DNA of 24,161 nucleotides from an uncultured virus (IMG/VR IMGVR_UViG_3300030104_007230) (Duplodnaviria; Heunggongvirae; Uroviricota; Caudoviricetes), in IMG/VR virus record IMGVR_UViG_3300030104_007230, positions 62,001-86,161 of that record. One strand, given 5' to 3'. The notes below the pieces were generated by a model. That model did no database searches, had not been told where the DNA came from, and was given only the letters and a program-made list of their open reading frames with translations. A program made the translations under genes and the position numbers. Shown here piece after piece: positions 8,657 through 15,790 of the stretch (position 1 is its first letter; every line of letters starts with the position of its first letter).

Positions 8657-9178
8657 TTACGTAAAAATTTTAATAACCTCATCAAAATTTAGTGAATCAG
8701 TAGCAAAACAAATTGCTTTTCTATGTACTTCCCTGTCATCTAAAGGGATTACACTATGTACTTTACTTACATCTAAAATATAAATATCTCCAGGTTGTGC
8801 TATAAAAGATTCTTTTTTAATTAAATCTTTAAGATCATAAATATAACCATCAGTTTGATTATTTATTTGAGAAGGTTTAGCATTTTCTTTTGTTTCATAG
8901 AATTGTGTTAAACAATTACTAGTTTCAATATAAAAATTTACAACTGCTTTAGTATTGCTATCTGTATGTGGAATGATATATGTATTAGCTTCTAAAAATA
9001 TTGTAAAAAATTCAGAAGCATATTTTTTAGGAATTACATCAAGTTTTTCTTTTAAAGTTATACCGCTATACCATAAACCTTTAAAGATATTATCTGCACT
9101 AAAACCATATTCAACTTCTCTAGTACCTATTTCATAAGAAGGAATATTTTTTATTGAGTTTAATTTTTTAAAATACAT
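8657..9178 (-). CDS. 2OG-Fe(II) oxygenase/cupin (DSBH) family protein
   Basis: HxD (IIPHTD), distal His (LDVSKVHSV) and downstream Arg (HRKAICF) in the spacing expected for a DSBH fold. Confidence 0.7.
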   Translation of the reverse strand: MYFKKLNSIKNIPSYEIGTREVEYGFSADNIFKGLWYSGITLKEKLDVIPKKYASEFFTIFLEANTYIIPHTDSNTKAVVNFYIETSNCLTQFYETKENAKPSQINNQTDGYIYDLKDLIKKESFIAQPGDIYILDVSKVHSVIPLDDREVHRKAICFATDSLNFDEVIKIFT

Positions 9179-9179
9179 G

Positions 9180-9212
9180 AAAAAACCCTACTAGATAAAG
9201 ACTAGCAGGGTT
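9180..9212 (-). terminator. Intrinsic terminator downstream of the OMP-like gene
   Basis: Minus strand: AACCCTGCTAG-tctttat-CTAGTAGGGTT followed by TTTT; one G-U pair supports the minus strand. Confidence 0.75.
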
Positions 9213-9232
9213 CTTTAATTCTAAATTTAAAA

Positions 9233-9601
9233 CTAGAAAGAATACTTGATGCCTGCTTTTGTTCCGTAAGAATTGTCATCGTCAGTATCTGAATCAGCTG
9301 TTAAGAGTGAAAACTCACCATAAACACCAAGTTTTTCAGTTGCTGCAAAAGAACCGCCAATTTTGCCAGAAATTCTTGTATCACCATCAGCACCGTCAGG
9401 GCGAACTAAAGCTGGTCCTCCTTGAACATAGTAATCAAGAGCACCGACTTCACCTTCATAACCTACGTGAAAATCTGTAGTTGCTGTAGTGAAATTTTTT
9501 CCTGCAAATGAGCCGTTATTTTCTACATTTACAAATACACCAGCATAAGCAGAAGGAGCGATTATAGAAGCAGCTGCTGCAATAAGAATAGCTTTTAACA
9601 T
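9233..9601 (-). CDS. Small outer-membrane beta-barrel-like protein (picocyanobacterial/cyanophage family)
   Basis: Signal peptide (MLKAILIAAAAS..AYA), then YVNVEN-like, HVGYEG, YVQGGPA, SGKIGGS, VYGEFS and a terminal KAGIKYSF (C-terminal Phe beta-signal). Confidence 0.8.
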   Translation of the reverse strand: MLKAILIAAAASIIAPSAYAGVFVNVENNGSFAGKNFTTATTDFHVGYEGEVGALDYYVQGGPALVRPDGADGDTRISGKIGGSFAATEKLGVYGEFSLLTADSDTDDDNSYGTKAGIKYSF

Positions 9602-9624
9602 TTTGTTTTAAAAAGATTGTTTTT

Positions 9625-9667
9625 ATTATAAAAGTAACAGCATTCAAAAAAGGGTACGGAAAAGGAC
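9625..9667 (-). promoter_or_regulatory. Promoter of the OMP-like gene: perfect TATAAT (9630-9625) with a near-consensus NtcA site (GTC-N8-TAC, 9667-9654) 23 nt upstream
   Basis: Read directly from the sequence; same 23-nt spacing as the hli promoter. Confidence 0.5.
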
Positions 9668-9680
9668 AGAGATTTATTTG

Positions 9681-9998
9681 TCAGTCATGTTCAACTTCAG
9701 GAGGACGTTCAACAAAGCACTGTTCAACATTAGAAGCAAAAGTCATATTTTGATATTGTGCAACATGGTTTTGAATTTTTCTGTAAATTTCAAAACTACT
9801 TTTAATAGCATCATCTGTATTAAGCATAGTTTTTTCATTGGCAAGCAATCCTGCAGTAATAATGCATACTCCTAGTTCTTGTGGATGATTAATATAAGAA
9901 CGAAGAGGTTTACCATTATCAGTGAAAGAAGCTATTAAATCAGTAATAGCTGAGATAAGTCCAATTTGATTAGATTTTTCTGGTCCAGGTGTTGTCAT
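9681..9998 (-). CDS. Hypothetical protein
   Basis: 105 aa; ATGA overlap with the upstream HTH gene suggests translational coupling. Confidence 0.7.
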   Translation of the reverse strand: MTTPGPEKSNQIGLISAITDLIASFTDNGKPLRSYINHPQELGVCIITAGLLANEKTMLNTDDAIKSSFEIYRKIQNHVAQYQNMTFASNVEQCFVERPPEVEHD

Positions 9999-10255
9999 GA
10001 GTAATCTTCTTCTTTAGTGATACTGTACAAGGCTACATAGTCCTTTTTAATAATAGTTTTAATTAATCCTTCAGCTTTAAGTGCTGTCAAACGACGACTA
10101 ATAGTTCGATGATTCCTTTTAAATTTCTTAGCGATAACAGTAATAGGTAAGAGAACAAGATTTTTATTTTGGAAAACAGTTGATTCTTCTAGGAGATATT
10201 GATGAATACTCCAAGCCAAGTCATCCATTAAATTACTTTTTTCAGCCGTTTTCAC
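9995..10255 (-). CDS. Winged helix-turn-helix DNA-binding protein
   Basis: PITVIAKKFKRNHRTISRRLTALKAEGLI is a typical wHTH signature. GTG start. Confidence 0.7.
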   Translation of the reverse strand: MKTAEKSNLMDDLAWSIHQYLLEESTVFQNKNLVLLPITVIAKKFKRNHRTISRRLTALKAEGLIKTIIKKDYVALYSITKEEDYS

Positions 10256-10270
10256 TCTTTCTTTTCAAAA

Positions 10271-10510
10271 CTACGTATATGATTCTACGCTAATATCCTT
10301 ATTTTCTTTCCAATAAAGAACAGCTTTTTTAGCATTTTCTAAATCCATTCCCCAACATGGTTCAAAATCTTCTCTACGAGGATAACGATAAAGAATATGT
10401 CCTGTATTTCCGTGTTTTAGAACACGAATTTCATATCCTTCAAATTCAACTGTCTCTTTAATTTCTGAAGGTTTTCCTTTGTAGCGTATGTGACGAGCAT
10501 TACGTGACAT
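10271..10510 (-). CDS. Hypothetical protein
   Basis: 79 aa; preceded by a perfect 8-bp inverted repeat and an extended -10-like box. Confidence 0.7.
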   Translation of the reverse strand: MSRNARHIRYKGKPSEIKETVEFEGYEIRVLKHGNTGHILYRYPRREDFEPCWGMDLENAKKAVLYWKENKDISVESYT

Positions 10511-10559
10511 ATAGGTAAAGCAATTACCTATTCACCGTACCAAGCCTAAATCTTTACTT

Positions 10560-10739
10560 TTATCGAATCACTTGTTCTTCTATATAAGCAGTAGCTTCTT
10601 CTATATCATTACAAAATTTACAAGAACCTAAGTAACAACCCAGATATCTTTCAAAAGTAGTTTGCCCACCTGTTAAAGGATAAGTATGGATTGTTCCACC
10701 TGATTCTGTAGTACGGATTAACTTAGGTTTTGTAGGCAT
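10560..10739 (-). CDS. Hypothetical protein (likely start MPTKPK; could extend to 10850)
   Basis: Complex, protein-like C-terminal part (GGTIHTYPL..ERYLGCYLGSCKFC). The upstream extension is low-complexity and overlaps the previous gene. Confidence 0.6.
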   Translation of the reverse strand: MPTKPKLIRTTESGGTIHTYPLTGGQTTFERYLGCYLGSCKFCNDIEEATAYIEEQVIR

Positions 10740-10824
10740 TTCAGGCTCTAAATTATTTGAATAATATTTTAAAACTGTTTCTGTTTCTTTGATTTTTTTC
10801 TTTACTAACCTTATTAAATTTGTT

Positions 10825-11019
10825 TTAAGGCAATTCTTTCTCATCATCAAGATAGGGTAAATAAATTTGTAATTGATTTATAATTTCAACTACATCTTTT
10901 TTAGCTTGGTCATAACCTTTTAACCAATTTTTATCTATAGAACGCATACGTTCATATGTAATATAGTTTAATCCAAGTCTTTGTATTAACCGTTTTTTTA
11001 CTACTTCAACATTGTTCAT
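10825..11019 (-). CDS. Hypothetical protein (start revised to MNNVEVVK)
   Basis: The longer track ORF overlaps the AbrB-like gene in another frame. Contains WLKGYDQAKKD. Confidence 0.55.
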   Translation of the reverse strand: MNNVEVVKKRLIQRLGLNYITYERMRSIDKNWLKGYDQAKKDVVEIINQLQIYLPYLDDEKELP

Positions 11020-11038
11020 CCTTATTTTATTTTTAATT

Positions 11039-11218
11039 TTAATTGGGATCTTTTCTAATGATAAGTGCTCCTTCTTTGATCTTGTAATAAACATGCGTAT
11101 TACTTTTCCAATTAAGTTCTTCAAGAAGTTCATCAGGGATAAAAAAAGTGTTTTCATTAGTCAAAGTTGAAGTCCAAACACCTGAATCAATTACTTGATC
11201 GGTTTCTCTTAGTTTCAT
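11039..11218 (-). CDS. AbrB/MazE/SpoVT-like DNA-binding protein, 59 aa, not in ORF track
   Basis: Translated by hand: MKLRETDQVIDSGVWTSTLTNENTFFIPDELLEELNWKSNTHVYYKIKEGALIIRKDPN. IP.ELLEEL.W...v......G.LII.K is the swapped-hairpin signature. Confidence 0.7.
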   Translation of the reverse strand: MKLRETDQVIDSGVWTSTLTNENTFFIPDELLEELNWKSNTHVYYKIKEGALIIRKDPN

Positions 11219-11241
11219 TAGTCTAAATGATTTTAAAAATA

Positions 11242-11275
11242 TAATACTCTCTCACAGTTAAGCAAGAGAGTATTA
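11242..11275. terminator. Hairpin/terminator downstream of the Gp157-like gene
   Basis: Perfect 11-bp inverted repeat TAATACTCTCT..AGAGAGTATTA, followed on the minus strand by TATTTTT. Confidence 0.55.
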
Positions 11276-11301
11276 GTGATCTAATATTATTTAAAGATCT
11301 G

Positions 11302-11901
11302 TTACGAATTTGTTAATCTTTTTCTCCTTCCATATCTGAAAGAATAAGAAGATACTAATTGAGCTATCGGAGGAACTTTTTTGTCATTTTGTTCAATAGC
11401 TTTACGAATACGATCTTTATCAGGAATAGATTCTTCTTTAACTTCAACAATTGAATCATCTTTAAGACGACTAACTGTCGTTGTTTTCTTTAAACCAAAT
11501 TCTTTAACATCTGTATCTTCCCACTGATCAAAATTATCTACTAACTTAGGCTTAACTTTTGCAATTGTGCCTTGATAACGTTCACCATTTAGCTTACTAG
11601 TTATTAAGTCTTGTTGAAAAGCGTACTTAATAATACCTATGACTTTTTCACGATTACGTTTCCAAGAATCACGAGCTTCTTTAATTTCGTTTAGCTCTTT
11701 ATCGTAAGCATCAATATAATGATCACATTTTTTAAGTAATGCAATAATGCTGTCAAACTTACGTTCTTGTTGTGAAGCTAAATCTTGAAGATATACTTCA
11801 AGTTCTGCTTTTTCATCATCGCTAGTATCAGGTAATTCTTTAAGAAAAGAAAGATGTTGAACTGATTGTGCTAACTGATGATAAGTGTTTTTGTCGGCCA
11901 T
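11302..11901 (-). CDS. Siphovirus Gp157-like protein (Gam-like coiled coil)
   Basis: Helical N-terminus with KFDSIIALLK..IDAYDKELNEIKEARDSWKRNREKV, KLNGERYQGTI and C-terminal PDKDRIRKAI..VP.AQL; these match the Gp157 layout. Confidence 0.7.
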   Translation of the reverse strand: MADKNTYHQLAQSVQHLSFLKELPDTSDDEKAELEVYLQDLASQQERKFDSIIALLKKCDHYIDAYDKELNEIKEARDSWKRNREKVIGIIKYAFQQDLITSKLNGERYQGTIAKVKPKLVDNFDQWEDTDVKEFGLKKTTTVSRLKDDSIVEVKEESIPDKDRIRKAIEQNDKKVPPIAQLVSSYSFRYGRRKRLTNS

Positions 11902-11921
11902 GATAATAAGTGTGTAAAGGT

Positions 11922-12782
11922 TTACTTTTTAGAAGATTGAGACATTCTCAGAGCCAAGGACTCTGAATATTTTTGAAGACTGTATTTATTTTCTAATGCA
12001 CCATTTAATACTTCCCAACAATTACCAGTTGGATTTCCACCTGAATCATAAACTAATTTTTCTTTCCAAGAATTTTCAGGGAACCATTTGCCATCTGATT
12101 TTACTCCGTCACTTGTAACGCGATATAAAATAGACGCACGTCGATGATCATAATAGTAAACACAAATGCGAGGATTATATTGTGCAGTTTGTTGTTTAGC
12201 ATGATAACTAGAAGCATGTAAATTCAAATTAGCTGAGTGCCATTGCATGTGTTTACATACTGGCTTGAACTTAATAGAAGTAAACCTACTAAATTCTTCT
12301 TCTAATTCTTTTTTGTATTTGTTTAATTCTACCCAAGAATTACAAGTACAAGAACCTTCTTCTGGCTTTACAAAATATATGCGTTTAGTTCCTTCTTTAT
12401 CTACAGAAACTTTAGGAGAACGACCAATGTGTTTTATCAAAGTTTCTGTAGTAGGTGAACCATCATAATTCAAAGTTGCAATAGGCCAGCCTTCAAACTT
12501 TCTTCCTTTTAAATGGAATTGCATCCATATTTTATGAGAGAAATAAGAAGGAGTTCTAGTGCGATGTTCCCAGAAATTTTTAAGTACTTCTGCTCTAGGT
12601 AAAGGGACTCTTTTTTCTCCTATATGACAAATAACTTTGTCATCTTCTAGAGTAATTGAATCAATATCTGTCTCTAAAAGATCTTTAGTTGAAGGATCTA
12701 AATTATAGAGAGTATTGACAATGCGTCTACGTCCATAGAGCATTTTTTGGCACTCAGTTTCGAGCGCCTGAATAACAGTCAT
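11922..12782 (-). CDS. SWIM zinc-finger-containing protein
   Basis: YFVKPEEGSCTCNSW...PVCKHM fits the CxC-Xn-CxH SWIM motif. Confidence 0.65.
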   Translation of the reverse strand: MTVIQALETECQKMLYGRRRIVNTLYNLDPSTKDLLETDIDSITLEDDKVICHIGEKRVPLPRAEVLKNFWEHRTRTPSYFSHKIWMQFHLKGRKFEGWPIATLNYDGSPTTETLIKHIGRSPKVSVDKEGTKRIYFVKPEEGSCTCNSWVELNKYKKELEEEFSRFTSIKFKPVCKHMQWHSANLNLHASSYHAKQQTAQYNPRICVYYYDHRRASILYRVTSDGVKSDGKWFPENSWKEKLVYDSGGNPTGNCWEVLNGALENKYSLQKYSESLALRMSQSSKK

Positions 12783-12844
12783 AGTGGTGTTAATGAAGGT
12801 GCAAAAGATGCTTTTAAAGTCTTCCTAAGACTAGTAAATACAGT

Positions 12845-12979
12845 TTACTTACCTTGGCCTCTATATGGTTTTTTTGTTTTCAATTTGTAAGATCCTCTTT
12901 TTCTTCTTCCATTACCTATGGAAGTAAGTTTAGGTTTGTTTTCAGTAATCAAACTAGAGGTCAAACTCTTTTTATACAT
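12845..12979 (-). CDS. 44-aa basic protein ending in YRGQGK, not in ORF track
   Basis: Translated by hand: MYKKSLTSSLITENKPKLTSIGNGRRKRGSYKLKTKKPYRGQGK. The KPK.TSIG.G...K.YRGQG pattern is recurrent in marine phages. Confidence 0.8.
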   Translation of the reverse strand: MYKKSLTSSLITENKPKLTSIGNGRRKRGSYKLKTKKPYRGQGK

Positions 12980-13018
12980 TGTTAGTTAAAAATATCGATT
13001 TATTTTAAACCAACCAAT

Positions 13019-13046
13019 AAAAAAGCCAGGAATTACCCTGGCCTTT
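13019..13046 (-). terminator. Intrinsic terminator downstream of the DUF5895-like gene
   Basis: Minus strand: GCCAGG-gtaatt-CCTGGC followed by TTTTTT. Confidence 0.8.
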
Positions 13047-13066
13047 CTATTATCTTTGAGGACGAA

Positions 13067-14098
13067 TCAGAACTGAATTTCTCCAGTATCTTTATCACGC
13101 TCACCGATAATCTTTTCAGATGCTGGAAGAGCAGCAGTAGCTCCTTGAGGCATTAATGCAGGAACACCTTCAGCAATCCCATAATTACCACCAAGTTTTG
13201 CAGCTTCTTGCTGACTATGCTTGTTGATGTAGTCACCTAAGAACTCGTCTTCCATTTGTTTCCAAGTTTCAGCACGTGCTTCATCTGGAACAGTTAAACG
13301 AAGAAGAGATTCTTGAGCTATTTCTTTTGTGGAGTAAGCAGGTTTTTCATAACTTTCAACTACACAAATTGAATTGTTATTTAAACCTAACGTCTTGATA
13401 CCAAGAGTTGGTACAAATACCGTGATACTTTTTACACGGTTATCAAATTTAACGCCTGCTTCCATTCCAAGAGCAACACTTAAACATTTTTCCATCTCAG
13501 TTCTGAAGTCTCTAATATATCCAGATAAGTCAACACTGGCTAATCCTTTAACAGTAAAGACAAGAGGAACTTCGTGAGCAGGAGTATTATCTTTAGTCAA
13601 AACATTTACTAGATATTTAGTTCTAGTTGAGTATTGACGTTTATACTTAGCATCTTTTTTCGCTTTATCTTGATCAGCTTTAAAAGCTGCTTCAACTTCA
13701 GGCATTGAAAGATCGCCAACTATTATATTTTTACTTTTGCCATCACGACCAAGAATTGAATCATCAACCACCAAAATATTAGATGAATGAATGATTTGTA
13801 AACGTGGCTGAATAAATGCGTGCATTTTTTCTATACCACCACTTTGTTGGAATCGATGAGTATGGTTCCAAAGAACAGAACCTGGTTCAAAATCACTTTC
13901 AGTGGCAGTCCACTTACAAGTTTTCCAACTTTCTTCTTTAACAGCCCAATATCCTTGTTGAGTGTTATGAAGAGGTTGTAGTGTTCCAAGTCCTTGAATA
14001 CCAGTGATGTATTCAGGATCTTTGAAAATGGCAAAGGAATCAAAACTACGCTTTGATAGCGCAGATTTAGCAGTTTTAGTAGGCGTCATTGTAGGCAT
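13067..14098 (-). CDS. DUF5895-like protein (cyanobacterial mobile-element family), putative ssDNA-binding/annealing protein
   Basis: PRLQIIHSS, TKYLVNVL..DN.PAHEVPLVFTVKGLAS and VFVPTL..K.LG...S..V.SYEKP resemble DUF5895 proteins as recalled. Acidic tail ending DTGEIQF; adjacent to SSB. Confidence 0.6.
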   Translation of the reverse strand: MPTMTPTKTAKSALSKRSFDSFAIFKDPEYITGIQGLGTLQPLHNTQQGYWAVKEESWKTCKWTATESDFEPGSVLWNHTHRFQQSGGIEKMHAFIQPRLQIIHSSNILVVDDSILGRDGKSKNIIVGDLSMPEVEAAFKADQDKAKKDAKYKRQYSTRTKYLVNVLTKDNTPAHEVPLVFTVKGLASVDLSGYIRDFRTEMEKCLSVALGMEAGVKFDNRVKSITVFVPTLGIKTLGLNNNSICVVESYEKPAYSTKEIAQESLLRLTVPDEARAETWKQMEDEFLGDYINKHSQQEAAKLGGNYGIAEGVPALMPQGATAALPASEKIIGERDKDTGEIQF

Positions 14099-14125
14099 TG
14101 TTAGATGCGGTGAATGTGTAACAGG

Positions 14126-14179
14126 TCCTCAATGCAGGAATTGCACCCACACAAGACAAGCTTGGAGCTAACTTGAGGA
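14126..14179 (-). ncRNA. tRNA-like structured element lacking an anticodon arm
   Basis: Minus strand TCCTCAA-GTT-AGC-TCCAA-GCT-TGTCTTG-TGTGGG-TGCAATT-CCTGCA-TTGAGGA: closing stem, small D-like hairpin and a T-arm-like stem with a 7-nt loop stacked on the closing stem. Confidence 0.5.
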
Positions 14180-14215
14180 AGAAAAGCCAGAGTGCAGACC
14201 AACCTTCTCTGACTT
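14180..14215 (-). terminator. Hairpin after the SSB gene (weak terminator or part of the structured RNA)
   Basis: AAGTCAGAG-(14 nt)-CTCTGGCTT followed by TTCT; one G-U pair on the minus strand. Confidence 0.45.
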
Positions 14216-14226
14216 AGGTTTTTATT

Positions 14227-14925
14227 TTAAAACGGTAAGGAGTCTTCGCTTACAGGTGTTACAACTGTTGATTGTTTTGTAACAGATTTTAAAACATTTG
14301 GTTTTGATTCAGGTTTTTCTACGTCTGTTTCTGTTTTTCTTTTACCAAAGAATTGATAAAGACCTGCTCTGGTTCTGATGCTATATCCACCTCGTTTTGC
14401 ACCTTCAGCTGTTTGCCATGTTGAATAACGTATCATTCCTTCTAGAACCATTTGTCTTCCTTTATGTCCAAGTGTCTGAATACGTTTAGCATCATCACCC
14501 CAAGATTCCATTCTGAAACTAAGGCTATCGTCCCATGTATGGTTTAAGAGAGTTTGTGCAGGTGCTGAACACATTAAAGTAAATTTTAATAATCCGAGAT
14601 TGTCGTTAAATTCTGGATTAACAAAACCACCTGCTAAAGTTACTTTATTTAATGTAATATTTGTAGTTACAACTTGTAGAGGAGAATTCGGTACAAAATA
14701 CATTTTATAGTCTTGTCTACTGGGATATAGACGACCATTTAATAATAATCTAGCTCCAGGAGCAAAGGCATCAAAAGTTTCTCCTGCAGCTTTATTAGGA
14801 ACTACAAAGATAGGAACATCTGATCCTTTATTACCTATTTTAGGTATATCAACTTGCATGAATCTTAAACCGTTATCGGTGAAGACTTCACCTTTGTAGC
14901 TGCCGATTCCTGTAAAGGTGTTCAT
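14227..14925 (-). CDS. ssb: Single-stranded DNA-binding protein with two tandem OB folds
   Basis: Two OB-like repeats (MNTFTGIG..GARLLLNGRL and LNKVTLAG..ESWG..A....KGRQMVLEG.IRYSTWQ..EG.KR), a disordered linker and a C-terminal acidic tip EDSLPF like the bacterial SSB-Ct. Confidence 0.8.
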   Translation of the reverse strand: MNTFTGIGSYKGEVFTDNGLRFMQVDIPKIGNKGSDVPIFVVPNKAAGETFDAFAPGARLLLNGRLYPSRQDYKMYFVPNSPLQVVTTNITLNKVTLAGGFVNPEFNDNLGLLKFTLMCSAPAQTLLNHTWDDSLSFRMESWGDDAKRIQTLGHKGRQMVLEGMIRYSTWQTAEGAKRGGYSIRTRAGLYQFFGKRKTETDVEKPESKPNVLKSVTKQSTVVTPVSEDSLPF

Positions 14926-15143
14926 AATTGTTTTTGTGAAGGGCTTTTAGTTTTGTAAAAAGCAGTATCAAGTCGTTCTAGTATAACTTCTTGTAATGCG
15001 ATTTGTCTTTGTATTAATGAATCAATTAATACAACTAGATCATCATTCATATCACTAAGTTCTTTCATTTCAAAATCTTTTAAAGATTCTGTAATAGCTT
15101 TTTTTAATTCAATGAAATCGGTGACATTTTTCATGATGCTCAT
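14922..15143 (-). CDS. Hypothetical helical protein
   Basis: 73 aa; overlaps its neighbours by ATGA and TAATG, suggesting a coupled operon. Confidence 0.7.
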   Translation of the reverse strand: MSIMKNVTDFIELKKAITESLKDFEMKELSDMNDDLVVLIDSLIQRQIALQEVILERLDTAFYKTKSPSQKQL

Positions 15144-15454
15144 TAGAACTTCAGTACTTTATGGCCTGACTCAAGTATGTCAAGCAATTTATCAGTAATT
15201 TTCTCAATAATACTTACATCAATATTCAAGAATGGAGGAATTATTCCTAGAATTCTTAACAATCCATCAACAAACGCAGCCATAATAATAAAACCAAGAA
15301 TCATGCTAATAATTGTTGCTTCTCTATTATGCTTTTCCATTGATAATCTATCAATTTCTCTAGCTTCCTCTACTGCAGCCTCTATCATTGCGTCAACCTC
15401 TATTTTGGTATAACACATTTGAGGTAAAATTTCTCTAATTTTTTCTTCAGTCAA
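15143..15454 (-). CDS. Conserved cyanophage membrane protein
   Basis: CYTK.EVD.MI..AV.EAR.ID..SM.KHNREATIISMILGF...FVDGLLRILGIIPPF is recognisable from cyanophage hypothetical proteins. TTG start. Confidence 0.75.
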   Translation of the reverse strand: MTEEKIREILPQMCYTKIEVDAMIEAAVEEAREIDRLSMEKHNREATIISMILGFIIMAAFVDGLLRILGIIPPFLNIDVSIIEKITDKLLDILESGHKVLKF

Positions 15455-15501
15455 GTAAAGGAGTAAAGGGAATAGAATTAGGTTAACAATATTTTAATAT
15501 A

Positions 15502-15690
15502 ATGTCTGATAGATTTGCAGGAGAAAACTTACAAGGTTGGAATCCTTTTCATTGGAAAGAGATACTTCAAAATAAAGTAGACAGTGCTATAGATACTGCA
15601 AGAACTAATCCTAATCAAAATCTTATAGGAGGAAGTGGAATGCGTGGTAATAGAGAATTAATTGAAAATATCTTGAATCAATCGTATTAA
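15502..15690 (+). CDS. Hypothetical protein
   Basis: 62 aa on the opposite strand, filling the gap; TAGAAT -10-like box upstream. Confidence 0.55.
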   Translation: MSDRFAGENLQGWNPFHWKEILQNKVDSAIDTARTNPNQNLIGGSGMRGNRELIENILNQSY

Positions 15691-15790
15691 ATAGGATGAT
15701 TTGGATGAGAATTATCTATTAATAATCGTATTACAAAATAAATAAGTACTATTAAAAAAATAACAAGAACAGTTGATCCTTCCATAGTTT

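Noticed and set aside
8955..9875. Plus-strand ORFs 8955..9137, 9259..9480 and 9678..9875
   Set aside because: Antisense to better-supported minus-strand genes.
14126..14179. Canonical tRNA gene
   Set aside because: Only about 54 nt, no anticodon arm and no TTC in the T-loop; kept only as a tRNA-like element.
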